64,000 nucleotides of DNA, from NCBI GenBank assembly GCA_013239625.1, contig MU053881.1:1488001-1552000 (forward strand), written 5' to 3'. Origin of the DNA: Lama guanicoe (lineage: Eukaryota). The position numbers were made by a program, and so were the translations under genes. This document shows, piece after piece, positions 1-12,055 of this stretch. The notes beneath the pieces are model-generated. The model did no database searches and had not been told where the DNA came from. It saw only the letters and a program-made list of their open reading frames with translations. How positions within the stretch are numbered: position 1 is the stretch's first letter; each line of letters starts with the position of its first letter.

Positions 1-729
1 TGAGCCAGAGCCGGCCACTTCCCCGATGGCTCGTCTTTGATCCACAGTCCAGTCTCTGGCCCCCTCTGTTTTGCTTCTCTGTGTTCTTTCCCGCCCTCTG
101 GTCTATTCATGAGCTAAGGTTTAGACCTTCCCCATCTTCTCGCCGGCATCCTTGGCTGCTCCATGCTCAGGGCTCAGTCTGGCTTCTGGATTGCAGGTGG
201 GCTCAGCCTGGGCGAGGAGCCGGTGCCTTCACAGCCCGGGGGTGCTGCCCAGCTCTGTGGTTTGGGATGATTCTTCCAGGCAGTCTCTAGAGCAAAGAAG
301 ACAGCATTGATCAGTGGGCTGGGTCTGCAGGGATGCATAATTGCAGGAGCCCAGGCCCGCTCGGCCGACCCGCGGACAATGGCTCCCGCTGGAGAAGGAT
401 TCAGGGGCAGAGAGGGTGAGGCCAAGTGGGAGCCAAGAGCTCGCTAGTGGCTGACCCAGAGGAGGAGGGCACAGGGCCCGGACTGTCAGCTCAAGGCAAG
501 CTGCGGTCCCGAGGAGGGGCCCGAGGAAGGGCCAGGCCTTGATCAGCCGGGACTCTCTGGTAATTTACGGGTGTGGCCCCACAGCTGCCCTGCGCTTGTC
601 AGGCAGGGGTCTGCACGCCGACCCTCCCGTCTCTGGACGTGGAGGGGACGAAGTCCTTGGAATGTGAAGGCCAGAGTTTTAAAGCAATTCAGCTGCCTGG
701 AGTGACCTATTTGCACTGTTAGACCAACT

Positions 730-1185
730 CGGGGGAAAAGCATTTTTAAAGAAACGGCCTGTATTAGGGTGATCGCTCTAAGGAAGCCCAGCGAGAGGAG
801 ACGCCCAAGAAAGATAAGACGAAACTACGTGAGCGCGACGGAGCCCCTCCGGGCGCCGCGCGGTCAGCTGTCTGGATGGGAACCTCGTAGCCTGTCCTGC
901 TTCTAAGCCTGGAAGGTCCTACCCACTCTAGGAGGGACGTCCCCTCTCCCCCCACAAGCCAGTCTGCTTCTCACCGGTTTCCACCCCCGTGCCCCGGAGA
1001 TGGGCGGCTTGACCACTCTGTCGACTGACAGGGGCTCTCTGGGGAGGACAATGGACGGCAGGGCCCCCCGGGTCCGTCAGGGATGCTGCCGGACAGCAGC
1101 GCCGGCCCCGGCTGCCCACCGTGCACTGGGCCGCCCCGAGGGCGCATGGCTGGGGCCTTCCTCCAGGTCCCGGGTGCCGAGTGCC
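730..1185. promoter_or_regulatory. CpG-rich, island-like segment
   Basis: About 34 CpG in about 460 bp by manual count, densest at 770-890 (gagcgcgacggagcccctccgggcgccgcgcgg); no repeat recognised. Confidence 0.4.
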
Positions 1186-1451
1186 CCATCTCCTGCTTTT
1201 CCCCAAGACCTACTCCTGGAGCTGACATACCTTCAGAATTTGGGTTTGAGTCTCCAGCACGCGTGTGCAGAATGTGTAGAATGTGATGGGGCTTATAAAA
1301 CCAGATCTCGAAGGAAGGCTATGAATACTGCCCAGGCAGACTAGGTGGGGACCCGGGAGGAATGGACAGGAGGTGAACGGGGGGGAGCCTACTCCTGGGC
1401 AGTGTCCTTGAGTTAACAGGGGCCTTTCTGATCGTGTTCAAGCTGAGAATT

Positions 1452-1992
1452 TGTCTGCTTCTGGGCATGTACTCCAAAGACTTGAAAGCAGGGACTCGAA
1501 CTTGTACACCCACGTTCACAGCAGCATTATGCACAACAGCCAAAAGATGGAAACAAGCCCAAGTGTCCACTGAGGGCTGAGTGGATAAGCAAGAGGTGGT
1601 CCATCCACACAATGAATATTATTTAGCCTTGAAAAGGAAGGGAATTCTGACACATGCCACTGCACGATGAACCTTGAAAACATTAAACTAAGTGAAATGA
1701 GCCAGTCACCAGAGGACAAATATTGTATGATTCCACTCATGAGGTGCCTAGAGTAGTCAGATTCACAGGGTCAGAAAGCAGAGGGATGGTCCCCAAGGGC
1801 TGGGGAGGGGTGGGGAATGGGGAGCTGTTATTTAATAGGGGCAGAGTTTCCATTTCGCAAGATGAAAAACTTCTGGGTGGTGGTGGTGGTGGCACAATGG
1901 TGTAAATATACTTAATGTCACTGAACTGTGCACTTAAAAATGGTGAGAATGGTCAATTTCATGTCCTGTATATTTTGCCCCAATAAAAAAAT
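1452..1992 (+). mobile_element. Ancient LINE-1 (L1MB-like) ORF2 end and 3'UTR
   Basis: Typical L1M motifs: gttcacagcagcattatgcacaacagccaaaagatggaaac, ctaagtgaaatgagccagtcaccagaggacaaatattgtatgattccac, ending cacttaaaaatggt...caataaaaaaa. Confidence 0.85.
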
Positions 1993-2439
1993 TCTTTTTA
2001 AGTCGGGAATTTATAACTTAAACATCAGGTCCCGCCCCCAGCCGCACCGTCGAGGGACCCCAGGACATCTGAGCTGCCTCCCTGGCGGAGGGGACCACGT
2101 CTTGCCTGGGCTGCAGGGGGGCAGCAGGGGCACCTTGAGATCTGAGGGAGGGTGCACATCGGCGCTGTGATTGCCCAGCTCCACCCTGGCCCAGCTCTCC
2201 TGGTCACCCCTTGCTCAAGGGGTGCGGGGTGTGGGGCATGGGGCGAGTGAAGTCTGGGCAGAGTTTTGGAGGCTTTTACAGAGGAAGGAGGCAGCGCTGG
2301 AAGCAGTCTTTGAAGCTAGAGGCCAAGAACTACAAGGTCTCTCACGGTCAGACAATGATATTTCTCTACTGCCCTGTCTCTCCCTGTTGGGGGGGGCGGT
2401 AAGGGGTGAGTGAAGTGCCGCTCTCAAGCCCTGAGCGCA

Positions 2440-3250
2440 GTGCCTGACCCCCGGGAAGCCCTCGGGAAGCGTGAGTCACAGGTTTCCCGGACAGTCTTAC
2501 ATTCACCGTCACCTGCAGCAGTTTCCCCCTTACACTCTGAGCTCCATCCATTTCCTCCCCAAACACACAGCCCCCCACTTTTCCTGCACCTTCTCCCAAA
2601 GCGAGGAGTGTGCGCCCCCAGGGGAGGGTGTTACGTGATGCGCACGTGGGACTAGACGCCATCATGTCACTTTGGAGAACGTTGCCCTGCCCCGTCCTGA
2701 GGTTCTTCCTGGAGGATGTGGAGGAGGAAGTTTCAGGCTGGTTGGTGCTGGTAGGTCCTTAACGCCTCTCTGACGCTCGCTGGTTCCCCTTTGTTGCGAA
2801 TGGAGAGCGCAGGCCTCAGTCTCCGAGACGTCCAGCAAGCTGCAGCGTCTGGTTATAATTTAATAACTTCCTTTCCTTGTATTTATTCTTAGGATGTCTT
2901 TCTATTTTTGGCGAACGGAACTGGCTGTCTATTTACGGTAGTGTATACCATTTACTTTTCAAATCACTTTGAGTGAAAAAAACATCGAGTTGGTTTAAAG
3001 AGAAACACTGAATGGGGAACCGGGAAGGAGGCGCGTAGCGGGGCGCACCCTAGGCAGTTCCTGCAAACCCTCCCGGTGGGTGGGGCTCGTTCAGGGTTAC
3101 CTCTCCTCTGCAGTCTTCCCTGACGTCCTGCCCCCAAACAAGACAGCACTGCTGTCGCTGTTAACGGCCCGTGTCACACTACATGGAGCACGCATCTCTG
3201 TGGGTCTGAAGAATGCACCCCTAACAGGCAGCGAGGCAGGGCCAGCCCCC
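2440..3250. promoter_or_regulatory. Candidate enhancer (motif cluster in unique CpG-containing DNA)
   Basis: AP-1 TGAGTCA 2472-2478, TGCGCA overlapping E-box CACGTG 2639-2648, MEF2-like CTATTTTTGG 2902-2911, CRE-like TGACGTC 3121-3127. Motif evidence only. Confidence 0.3.
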
Positions 3251-3699
3251 GGCCCCCGGCCGCCAGCGCAGAGCACTGGGGAGCACTTGCCCCTTCAAGC
3301 CTGCCAGCCAGCAGGGGAGGAAGGGTCTCCCCGCAGAGGCAGGACCTGTAAGACCCCCACGTTTCTGCAAGGCGAAGTCAGTGTTCCCGGACCTCCCTCT
3401 GTCCTGAAGGCAGAAGCTTCTGTTTGTGACTCTAAACACGTCATTTCAGGAAGGGAACAGTGAGTTCCCTGTGAAAACGAGGTAATGGAAACAAAGCTAA
3501 AGGACTCCATCTAACTCAGCCCCTGCTCAGGCTGGATTTAGTCCCCGCATCTCAGTGCACATTTTTATGCGCGTCTTCAGCTTGATCTTGTGATAATAAT
3601 CTTGTGATAACAGTAGTGTCTGTTCCCATGGAGTTTTGTATTTTGTATCTTGTATCTTTTTTGCATGTATTATTTTGTTTATTCTTCAGAATAAACCCC

Positions 3700-3790
3700 C
3701 GATGGAGGGATTGCTATCCCCATTTTACAGCTGAGAAAACTGAGGCTGTAGCTTGCCCCATCGTCATGCAGCTAGCAAAGGGGCACACAT
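3700..3790 (-). mobile_element. MIR SINE fragment
   Basis: Reverse MIR core: cccattttacagctgagaaaactgaggct. Confidence 0.65.
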
Positions 3791-4784
3791 GACTTTCTGA
3801 TTCCACACCTGTTCTGCTGCCCTCCTCGGGCTGGCCGTGTCACCAGCCAACTGTCAGACAAGGCTGTGCCCGCCTGGCCTGGCCTGGCGGGGTTAGAGCT
3901 GCTCTGACAGCCCGTCTCGGGCGGCAGGAAATGTTATAGTTCCCATACAGACACACACTTAGCTCCACATTTAGACTGCGATGGTGGCTCCGATGTTCTC
4001 CAGGTTGGCCAAGGGGGCAGCAGGTGCAGGGCCACCACCCTCAGCTGCAGGGACCCAAGAAACAGCACAGTGCTGGCGAGACCCAGAAGTGGGTCCCTGA
4101 CACCTGAGCTGGGGACGAGGGTGCCGCCTTGTCATTCGCACCCCAGCCCCTGGGAAGCATGAAGCCGGGGGCGCCCAGGCTGGTCTTGGTTTACTGCAGC
4201 CGTGTTTGAAGGCATTGGGACCCTCAGAGTGATGACAGGAAGAAAGGCCCGCTCTGTCTTTTGTGGCAGCTGGAGAAAAAGAAAAAATAAAACTCAGCTT
4301 TAAAAACGCAAGCTACTGCCACGGCGAGGACGGTGGCACATGGGTGTCCGCTCACCTGGTCCTCACGGCAAAGGATCCTGCCCATGTTCCCATTTTAAAG
4401 ATGTGGAACCAGGCAAAGCGAGGGAGGAGATAGAGAGGCATTTAGAAGCGGGCCAGGCAGCCCTGTGGGACCGTCGATGACGGTGGTGACTTTGAGGGCC
4501 GGGCTTGGGTGCCTCTGAGGTTCATAGCTTGGGAGGCAGGTGGGTGTCACCCTTCACCAAGATGGGATTCAGAGGACGGGAGGAGTGGCAGGGAGGCTCG
4601 GAGGGTGGACTGGTGTGGACACGTGAGAGCCTTTCTCCCAGGTTTTCTTGTGTTTGTTTGGTGAGGTGTGTTGCATGCAAATGTCTTCAATGGATCGGGA
4701 AGCTGGACTGGAGACAGACTGAGTTTCCAGGGTCATTAGGGTCTCCGTGTTAATCACTGGCTAATATTTAATATCACACAGTCA

Positions 4785-4869
4785 GGGAGGGTATAGCTCA
4801 GTGGTAGAGCATGTGCTTAGCATGCACAAGGTCCTGGGTTCAATCCCCAGTACCTCCATTTAAAAAAAA
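4785..4869 (+). mobile_element. tRNA-Ala-derived SINE head (Vic-1-like) or tRNA-Ala(AGC) retrocopy
   Basis: A box tagctcagtggt, B box ggttcaatccc, cloverleaf at 4787-4858, short A tail; lacks the cctaattacc tail module of the other copies. Confidence 0.85.
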
Positions 4870-4874
4870 CACAC

Positions 4875-5610
4875 CGAGGGACAAATCCTATATGATCCCA
4901 TGTGTATGAGAAATTTAAAAGAATCAAACTCAGAAGCAGAGAGTGGAAAGGCGATTGCCGGGAGCTGATGGGAGGGGGAAGTGGGGAGGTGATGGCTGAA
5001 GGATTCAGAGTTGGAGTTATGGAAGATAAGTTCTGGAGAGCCTCCACACAGCGTAGTGCTGTAGCCAGCAGCACCGTATCGTGTTGCTTTTAATTTTTTT
5101 TAATTGTAGTATAGTCAGTTACAATGTGTCAATTTCAGGTGCACAGCACAATGTCCCAGTCATGCATATACATACATATATTCGTTTCCATGTTCTTTTT
5201 CATTAAAGGTTATTATAAGATATTGAATAAAGTTCCCTATGCTATGCAGAATAAATTTGGGTTTTTTTAAAATCTATTTTTATATAGAGTGGTTAACATT
5301 TGCAAGTCTCGAACTCCCAGATTTACCCCTTCCCCTCCTCTCTCCCCAAGGTGTCGTATTCCTGAAATGTGCTAAGAGGGCAGATCTTCTGTTCAGTGTT
5401 CTTGTCTCACACACACACACACAAAGAATGACAACAACAATGGAGAAGGAGAGCGGGGGGAGACTTCTGGGGCTGATGGGTCTGCGTGCGGCCTGGGTTG
5501 CGGTGGTGGTTCCACAGATGCGTTCTTACCTTCAAAATCAAGTTTATATGATGAATGTGCACAGGCTTTTTGTATGTCATTTATACCTCCATGAAGTGGT
5601 TTTAAAAATG
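4875..5610 (+). mobile_element. Ancient L1 3'UTR (L1MA9/L1MB-like), split by a younger L1
   Basis: ggacaaatcctatatgatccc...gataagttctggagag, resuming after 5350 with gaaatgtgctaagagggcagatctt...tgtatgtcatttatacctcc. Confidence 0.75.
5090..5350 (-). mobile_element. Lineage-specific (camelid-type) L1 3' end
   Basis: T-rich tail then gtatagtcagttacaatgtgtcaatttc, a motif shared with the copy at 19751; degenerate TSD gtatcgtgttgctt (5076-5089) / gtgtcgtattcctg (5351-5364). Confidence 0.85.
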
Positions 5611-5621
5611 TATTTAATACA

Positions 5622-5690
5622 GGGGAGAGCACAGCTCAAGTGGTGGGCTCTAAAAAGTAAACAAGTCAACCTAATTACCTCCCCCCAAAT
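5622..5690 (+). mobile_element. Internally deleted Vic-1-like SINE
   Basis: Head ggggagagcacagctcaagtggt joined almost directly to tail aaacaagtcaacctaattacctcccccc; anticodon arm and B box missing. Confidence 0.65.
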
Positions 5691-5828
5691 ATACACACAT
5701 ATATTTAATATCACAAATCTCCCCTGCTTTCAGCACTCCAGGTCCCTCGTAGCACCCGCTAGATAAATGTTTAGTGTCATCACATTTTGTCACATGCCCC
5801 CCCTCTCCCTGCCCCCCCCAGTCTCCTG

Positions 5829-5915
5829 CTGGACTGTGGACTCCACGAGGGCAGGGCTCCCTGCAGTTTGGCTCACTGCTGTGTCCCCAGCATTAAGGGG
5901 CTCAGAACATGCTAG
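5829..5915 (+). mobile_element. L2 LINE 3' end
   Basis: ctggactgtggactccacgagggcaggg...ctcactgctgtgtccccagc matches the L2 terminal consensus. Confidence 0.6.
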
Positions 5916-6015
5916 AATATACTAGAGGGCCCATAATGCACACTCCTGCCAGACCAGGCGTCCCCTGCTCCCAGGTGTGTGGGCCGACCCTCTGCACAGT
6001 GGGCCTGCTGGGAGG

Positions 6016-6017
<2 letters not shown>

Positions 6018-6052
<35 letters not shown>
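6018..6052. repeat. (TG)17 microsatellite
   Basis: Uninterrupted TG run. Confidence 0.95.
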
Positions 6053-6053
<1 letters not shown>

Positions 6054-6639
6054 GGGGGTGGGGGTTATCTGTGGCTGTGTGAAGAATGCTTTTAAACCCG
6101 TGCCTGGGTTCCTGACCTCCTGAGAGAGAAAACAGATGTACCGTTTAACCCCTTCTTGCCCAAGACGAGCCCCCGGCATCTCGGGTTTTAGGAAGTGGGG
6201 TCAAGCTAGAGAATTTCTGGCCTTTGGGCCCCAGGGGTTAACGAGAGCCTGGCGTTCTCAGGACCTGAACCTTGTAAGTCCGGGAGCTCCCAGCAGGCTC
6301 TCTGAGGCCGGCGGCCTCCTCGGAAGCCCGCCACCTGTCAGGGCCCTGACTGACAACTGCAAGGTAGTGCTTGTTTCCCGATGCGGGGTCACAGAGGCGG
6401 AAGGGCTGCTTTCTTCTGCCACCGGAAGGTCAGGAGCTCTCCACAAGACCTCCTCTGGGCCTCAGATATGCTTTTTAAATTGAATTAACTGTTTAGGGCT
6501 CTACTCGAAGCCACTTCTTCACTCATGTTAACAATAATGCATTAAATACGTGGCCCATGTTGTCATCTCTGAAGTATTTGCACAGTGAAAGTGGTGTTTT
6601 GGAAGGAGAGTGAGCTTCGAGCGGAACACTTCTCTTCAA

Positions 6640-6736
6640 GTACAGGCTCTGCTGTGTGACCTTGGGCAACTCACTTAACCTCTCTGAGCTATGCGTGCTC
6701 ATCTACAAAACTTGCTGCATGGAGTTGCTATAAGGC
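6640..6736 (+). mobile_element. MIR SINE fragment
   Basis: gctgtgtgaccttgggcaactcacttaacctctctgagc. Confidence 0.75.
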
Positions 6737-6744
6737 TGTGGTCA

Positions 6745-6920
6745 CATGGGGGCTCTACAGGACATGGTATTTTAAAGCATTTGAATTGACAGTTTAAAAA
6801 TATAAGGACATGTTCTTTAAAGATCCCACTTCCCATGTTCTTTAACAAGTGGCAGGCTCTAGCAGCGCCGGCCGGCATGCCTGCATTTCCAAGTCAGAGC
6901 TGAGTGATAGCCAAAGCCTT
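6745..6920. mobile_element. hAT-Charlie DNA transposon remnant (MER102-like)
   Basis: atttgaattgacagtttaaaaa...ctctagcagcgccggccggcatgcctgcat...agagctgagt resembles MER102; highly diverged. Confidence 0.45.
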
Positions 6921-7025
6921 CACGTGTAACCCAGGAAGGACACTGCCTTATAAATAGTGATGTGCTGTAACCATGTGTGTTACACTGAGAAGACACTTAC
7001 TGTGTCTAAAAGGGGTACACCAGTG

Positions 7026-7441
7026 TGGAAGCAACCCAAGTATCCATCCACAGATGAATAGATAACAAAAGATGTCTATACATTCAGCCTTAAAAAGAAG
7101 GAAACTCTGACACCTGCTACAACATGAATGAACCTTCAGGACATCATGTTAAGTGAAGTAAGTCAAATACAAAAAACCTAATATCAAAAACTAATATCAT
7201 GTGATTCCACGTATCTGACCTGGAGTTCTCAAATTCATAGAGACAGAAAGTAGAACGGTGGTTCCCAGGGGCTGGGGGAGGGGCAGTGGGGAGTTATTAT
7301 TAAATGGGTAAGGAGTTTCATTTTGTGATGATGATAAAGTTCTGGAGATGGATGGTGGTGATGGTTGCACCGCGGTACCACTGGGCTGTGCACTTAAAAT
7401 GGTTAAGATGGTCTGCTTTATGTAATGCGCATGCTACCGCA
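7026..7441 (+). mobile_element. Ancient L1 (L1MB-like) 3' end
   Basis: tggaagcaacccaagtatccatccacagatgaatagataa...atagagacagaaagtagaacggtggttcccagggg...cacttaaaatggttaagatgg. Confidence 0.85.
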
Positions 7442-7839
7442 GTAGAAGGCGGGGAAATATGTGAACATGATTTAGACATGGACACCCGCAGACGGGGCTG
7501 TCAGTCTCTGCCCCGTGGCCTTGCCCACGCCAGTCGGTGACAACCCCGTGCAACAAGAGACAGGCCTCTCCCCCTGACCTCTCCCTGACCAGGCTCCTTT
7601 CCCGAGGAGGGGAGGCCTCCTCGTACGGACACCACGTGGCCCAGGCAGGCCAAAGGGCCCGTACCTGCACAGTGTCCGAGGCTGCAAGGGAAGGGCCAGA
7701 TGTTTGAGCTCTTCCTTGTTTATAAACGAAATGTCTGTTCTCATCCAGAGCCTCTGTGTTTACACGACAGAAGAGGATGGAGGGCGGCCGTGCACATGTG
7801 GGAAGCATCTCTGGGCCAGTGGCCCTCGCTCGCCGCTCC

Positions 7840-8020
7840 CCTCTTAGCTGTGGGGCCCTATGGGATCCCATCGCCTTCTCCTACCTGTTTCCTCCTCTGC
7901 AAAACGGAGAAACGGACAATGCCCGCCTCGGAGGGCCGGGTCTCCCACGTCTCGGGAATGTTTGCAAAGTACTCAGAACAGTGCGGGCCGCAGCAAGCTC
8001 TCAGCGTGGGTTTATTAGCG
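7840..8020 (+). mobile_element. MIR SINE, GC-shifted
   Basis: tgtttcctcctctgcaaaacggag...tgcaaagtactcagaacagtgcggg follows the MIR core and 3' end. Confidence 0.6.
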
Positions 8021-10673
8021 TTTTCCTCCCCAGTCCTGACTCCCCCTCTTGCTTCTGCTGCCTCTTTCTAGACGCAATAACAGTTTTACTCAACCTCACA
8101 GCATCAGCTCAGGAGAAAGCCAAATTCAAGGACATTTTGGGCTCTCTGCGGAAATAAACCTCATCTCCACGCAGCTGATGAAAAGCAGAGTCTTTGAAAA
8201 CACTTAAAATTCAGAATGTTTATTTATCCTCTGGTGATAGACAAAGAAATCTTTCCTTCACTTGTGTATTACCTAACCTGCTGTAGAAACCCTTGCTGTG
8301 GCTCGAAGGTGTGCGGCTCTCAAAATCACTGGAATCCCCAGAGCCAAACATTCCATCGGGGCTGCTAAAGTTCAATTACATTAAAAAATATATATTTCCC
8401 TTGATTTAGCTGTGCAGTGAGGCGTGAAATTGCACCTAACCATCCACTCACTGAGCCTTTGAACATCTCGTCCTCCCCAGCGTTTGGGCAAGGAACTTGG
8501 TACCAGCCTTCAGCTGGTTCTGCTTTGCTAATTATTCCAAATAAATAGCAAATGCTCCTTCCTGTCTCCTCCTCTCCCGCAGTTGTCTGCTGTTTAGAAA
8601 TGTTCACTGATTTTCACACCAATTTCCATGTTGGCTCTAGTTCTGAGGAGGGATCCGTAGGGACATTTGTTAATGAAAAATCTGGGAAATTTGATTTGGA
8701 AACCGTTCTTCCTATACAAGCATTTCATTGTTGAAAGGATCTGACTTGTAATTTGTAGTTAAATTTGTTAAATCCTGGATGGTTTTGATTTCTTTTTTGT
8801 TTTGTTTTGTTATTGTTGTTTTTATTGTTCCAGTAACTCAGAGTCAAAATTAAGTTAAAATGTTTTTCCGACTTTGTTTTGGGCCTGGTTTTTGTATTTT
8901 TCATCAGCTGTTACGGACAGGGAGCATCCAACAGCACGAAGATAGTAATTTAGGGGTTTCAGAGTTCAATGGGGGTGATTTATAGAAACCTGAAGCTCTT
9001 AACATAATGTTTTGTTAAAAACATTTCCTCTTATTGTGCCTGATTTAATACAGATTCTTCTCTTTTGTTCTTTATTTCTTAAAATGACTGAAATAAGTTA
9101 AATGCATATAGGTTTATCTTAGCCTCAAATGCAAAGATAAAAGGAATCAATATGAAAAGCTCCGTGTATTATCAATGACAGAAGAATGTTGAATTTTCAT
9201 TACTGACCCGGGTAATGCCTCAGCTGCTTTTGTTTAAAAGCTGTGTTGGGGATTGGGCCTGACTGCGGAGGTTGGGTCCGACCTAACCTCGTGGGGACCC
9301 AATGCCATCTGTGAAAGGGTAGGTAATAAAACGAGAGTTAAATTATGTGGAAATGTTTACCATGCATGGCCCAGAGCAAGTGTTGTGTGTATGGCCACTT
9401 TTACCATAATTCCTCCCAAAATTCTGAATAGGCTCCTACTCTGTGCCAGGAGCTATGTTAGGTACCAAGAATGCAAGTACTGAGAAAACTCACACTTTCA
9501 AAACCAGATTTGCAGGACGGTGTCTGATTTGCTTGGGTGGGAACGTCTGGAGCTTCTTTTTAAAATACAACGTGTCCATATCTCCCCCCACATTTTCCTG
9601 AAGTCCTGTCTTGAACTGGTGTGGGATTCTCTGTGTGTGTTCTCTAATTTGCACCCCTGTTATTTTGAATAGGGAATAATAATAATAATAATAATAAAAA
9701 GCACAATGACTGTCCCCAGTATTTCTTGAGAACACACGGTTTGGTTGCCAAGACTGCTTCACACCCATTCCCTTTCCTCCTCTGCAGGTTGGCTGCGCCG
9801 GTCTCTCTAAAGTAGAGACATTGTTTAAAATATCCAAAAGCATTTCTGCCATTGTCCAAGCTACAAAAAATTGGTTCTGTATTTTCAGAGAGCAGTATTC
9901 ATTCACCTTGCCCCCAAGTAGCCCTTCCCTGGGCGGAGTTGCCTTGTGGGTTACCCAGCCCAGAGCCTGCCCAAGCGCAGTGGGGGAAGGCGGGAGGCCA
10001 GAGGTGGAGGGGTGGGGCGTGCCCTCTACCCAGACCCTTTTCTCAGCACGTGGGTGATGGGCCAGCTCTACCGCTGCTGCCCCTTGTGGTGGACAGCAGC
10101 CATTACAGTCAGGAGAGGGGACCAGGAGATGGCCTGGCCCGATTCTCAGCAGTGACCAGCCTGGGCAGCTCTCTGGAGAGTCCTTTTGGCTGTAAGGTCA
10201 GCGGAAGTAACCTGCTCCTGAGGGGCGAGGCGGCACCAGGAATTCAGCTCCTGGGTTACAGCCAGTTCTCATCTTTGCACAATCACACAGAAGGCACCTG
10301 GCCCTGCTGCCAAAACCGTCAAGTGGCCTGTTTCCGCTCGCCAGCCTCCGTTAGAGGACTCTCTCAGAGATGATGCCCTCCAGACTTTCCCATGGGAATT
10401 TCTCCTGTTTATTTCCTGAAGTTGGAAAAAAAAAAAGTGCTGGTATGAACTGAGATGCCCCACCCACAGGCCCCCAGAACTTAAATATCATAAAATGGGA
10501 GAGGGAGTCTGGGAGATCTTGAGTCCCCATCTTCCTGCCCCCAGGGGACTGCAAACATATCAGCAAGGTCTGGGGTTCACTTTTCCCCGCGATAGGTCAT
10601 TAGGTTGTATGGTTGTAAAGTTGGTAAGACTGTTTGTAAAATGTGAAGGACAAAAATATATATATACATTTCT

Positions 10674-10803
10674 GGGGAAGTGGGGAGAGCACGTGCCTAG
10701 CATGCACAAGGTCCTGGGTTCAATCCCCAGCACCTCCACTGAAGTGAATAAATAAAAGCTTAATTACCCACCCCCCAAAAAGAATGAAAAATAAATAAAA
10801 ATT
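10674..10803 (+). mobile_element. Vic-1-like SINE with damaged A box
   Basis: gagagcacgtgcctagcatgcacaaggtcctgggttcaatccccagcacctcca, then cttaattaccc tail module and A-rich tail. Confidence 0.9.
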
Positions 10804-11733
10804 TAAAAATACACACACACACTCACACATACACTTCTGTGTCCCATGGAGCAGGTATAAGGCAAGAAAAAGAAAGGAGATGGACTTCGTGTGCACTTGC
10901 GCTGGAGCGCAAGGCTGCTAAGGGGGGATGTTTGGCAGACCACGTAGAGGCCGCTTTGGAAACTGAGCTTTCTCAACACTTTGAATCTTAGGGTGGGGAG
11001 ATGGGCCACACCCAGTGACATCCTTCACTGTGTCACCTCCCTCTCACGGAGCCTCCAGTGACAGCCCAGATTATGGCTCCTAGTTGGGATTAGCAGGTTA
11101 TTAGGGATTCGTTTTTTTTCACTTGAAAGAACTTTCCTTACAGGTGTTGTGTGTGTTGGCACAGACCCCGGGCTGGTCGTGGCTCATGGTCCCGGGCGCA
11201 CCGCCCGGTGCTGCTCCGTGCCCCTGGGCTGCGGGCCCCCGATGAGCCCCTGGGCCGGGGCCAGCTCTCCCCTGCTGGGGGAGGCACTGCTGTGATCAGC
11301 TCTGCAAAGGATTTTTTTTCTACTGGATTATTTTTCCCTTGGGATAAAGAATTGTGGGCTCTGTAAAAGCCTTCCTGGCCTGAGAAAGGTGCTTCTGTAT
11401 TAGGTCTACTGTATGGTGTTTATTTTATTAAGTCTGGAGATTCTCTCTCTGTGCAGAGAAAGGCTCTGGGTTCATGGCAGAGACGGTTGGATGTGATTAG
11501 GCCACGTAGAAATAAACACACTATGAACATAACAACTTGGCTTTCCCTGACAAAATTCCAAGTTAAATGCTTTCTAAAATATATTTCTGTAATTATAAAG
11601 TAAGGCCTATTAACTGCAGAAAACCAAAAATACAAAGGCGGAAGTAGAAACCACCCATTACACCACCACAAAGAGAGAATACTTTGTTATGAACATTATA
11701 TTGAATTTTCTTCTTTTTGCCTCAGAATTCTTT

Positions 11734-12055
11734 TTTTTCCTCAAAGGTTTTTTTTTAATTTTATTTTATCGAGTTATAGTCAGTTTACAATGTTGTGTCG
11801 GTTTCCAGCGTAGAGCACAATTTTTCAGTTACACATGAACATGCATATATATTCATTGTTGCATTCTTTTTCACCATGAGCTACCGCAAGATTGTGTATA
11901 CATTTCCCTGTGCTGTACAGTATAATCTGGCTTATCTATTCTGCATATGCCTGTCAGTATCTACAAATTTTGAACTCCCAGTCTGTCCCTTCCCACCCCT
12001 CTCCCCCCAGCAACCACAAGTTTGTATTCTGTGTCTGTGAGTCTGTTTCTGTTAA
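11734..12055 (-). mobile_element. Camelid-type L1 3' end
   Basis: T tail, gagttatagtcagtttacaatgttgtgtc...aaccacaagtttgtattctgtgtctgtgagtctgtttctg; TSD aattcttt at 11726-11733 and 12056-12063. Confidence 0.85.

Noticed and set aside
5239..5766. 175-aa ORF
   Set aside because: Runs across three different repeat fragments (antisense L1, old L1 UTR, SINE).
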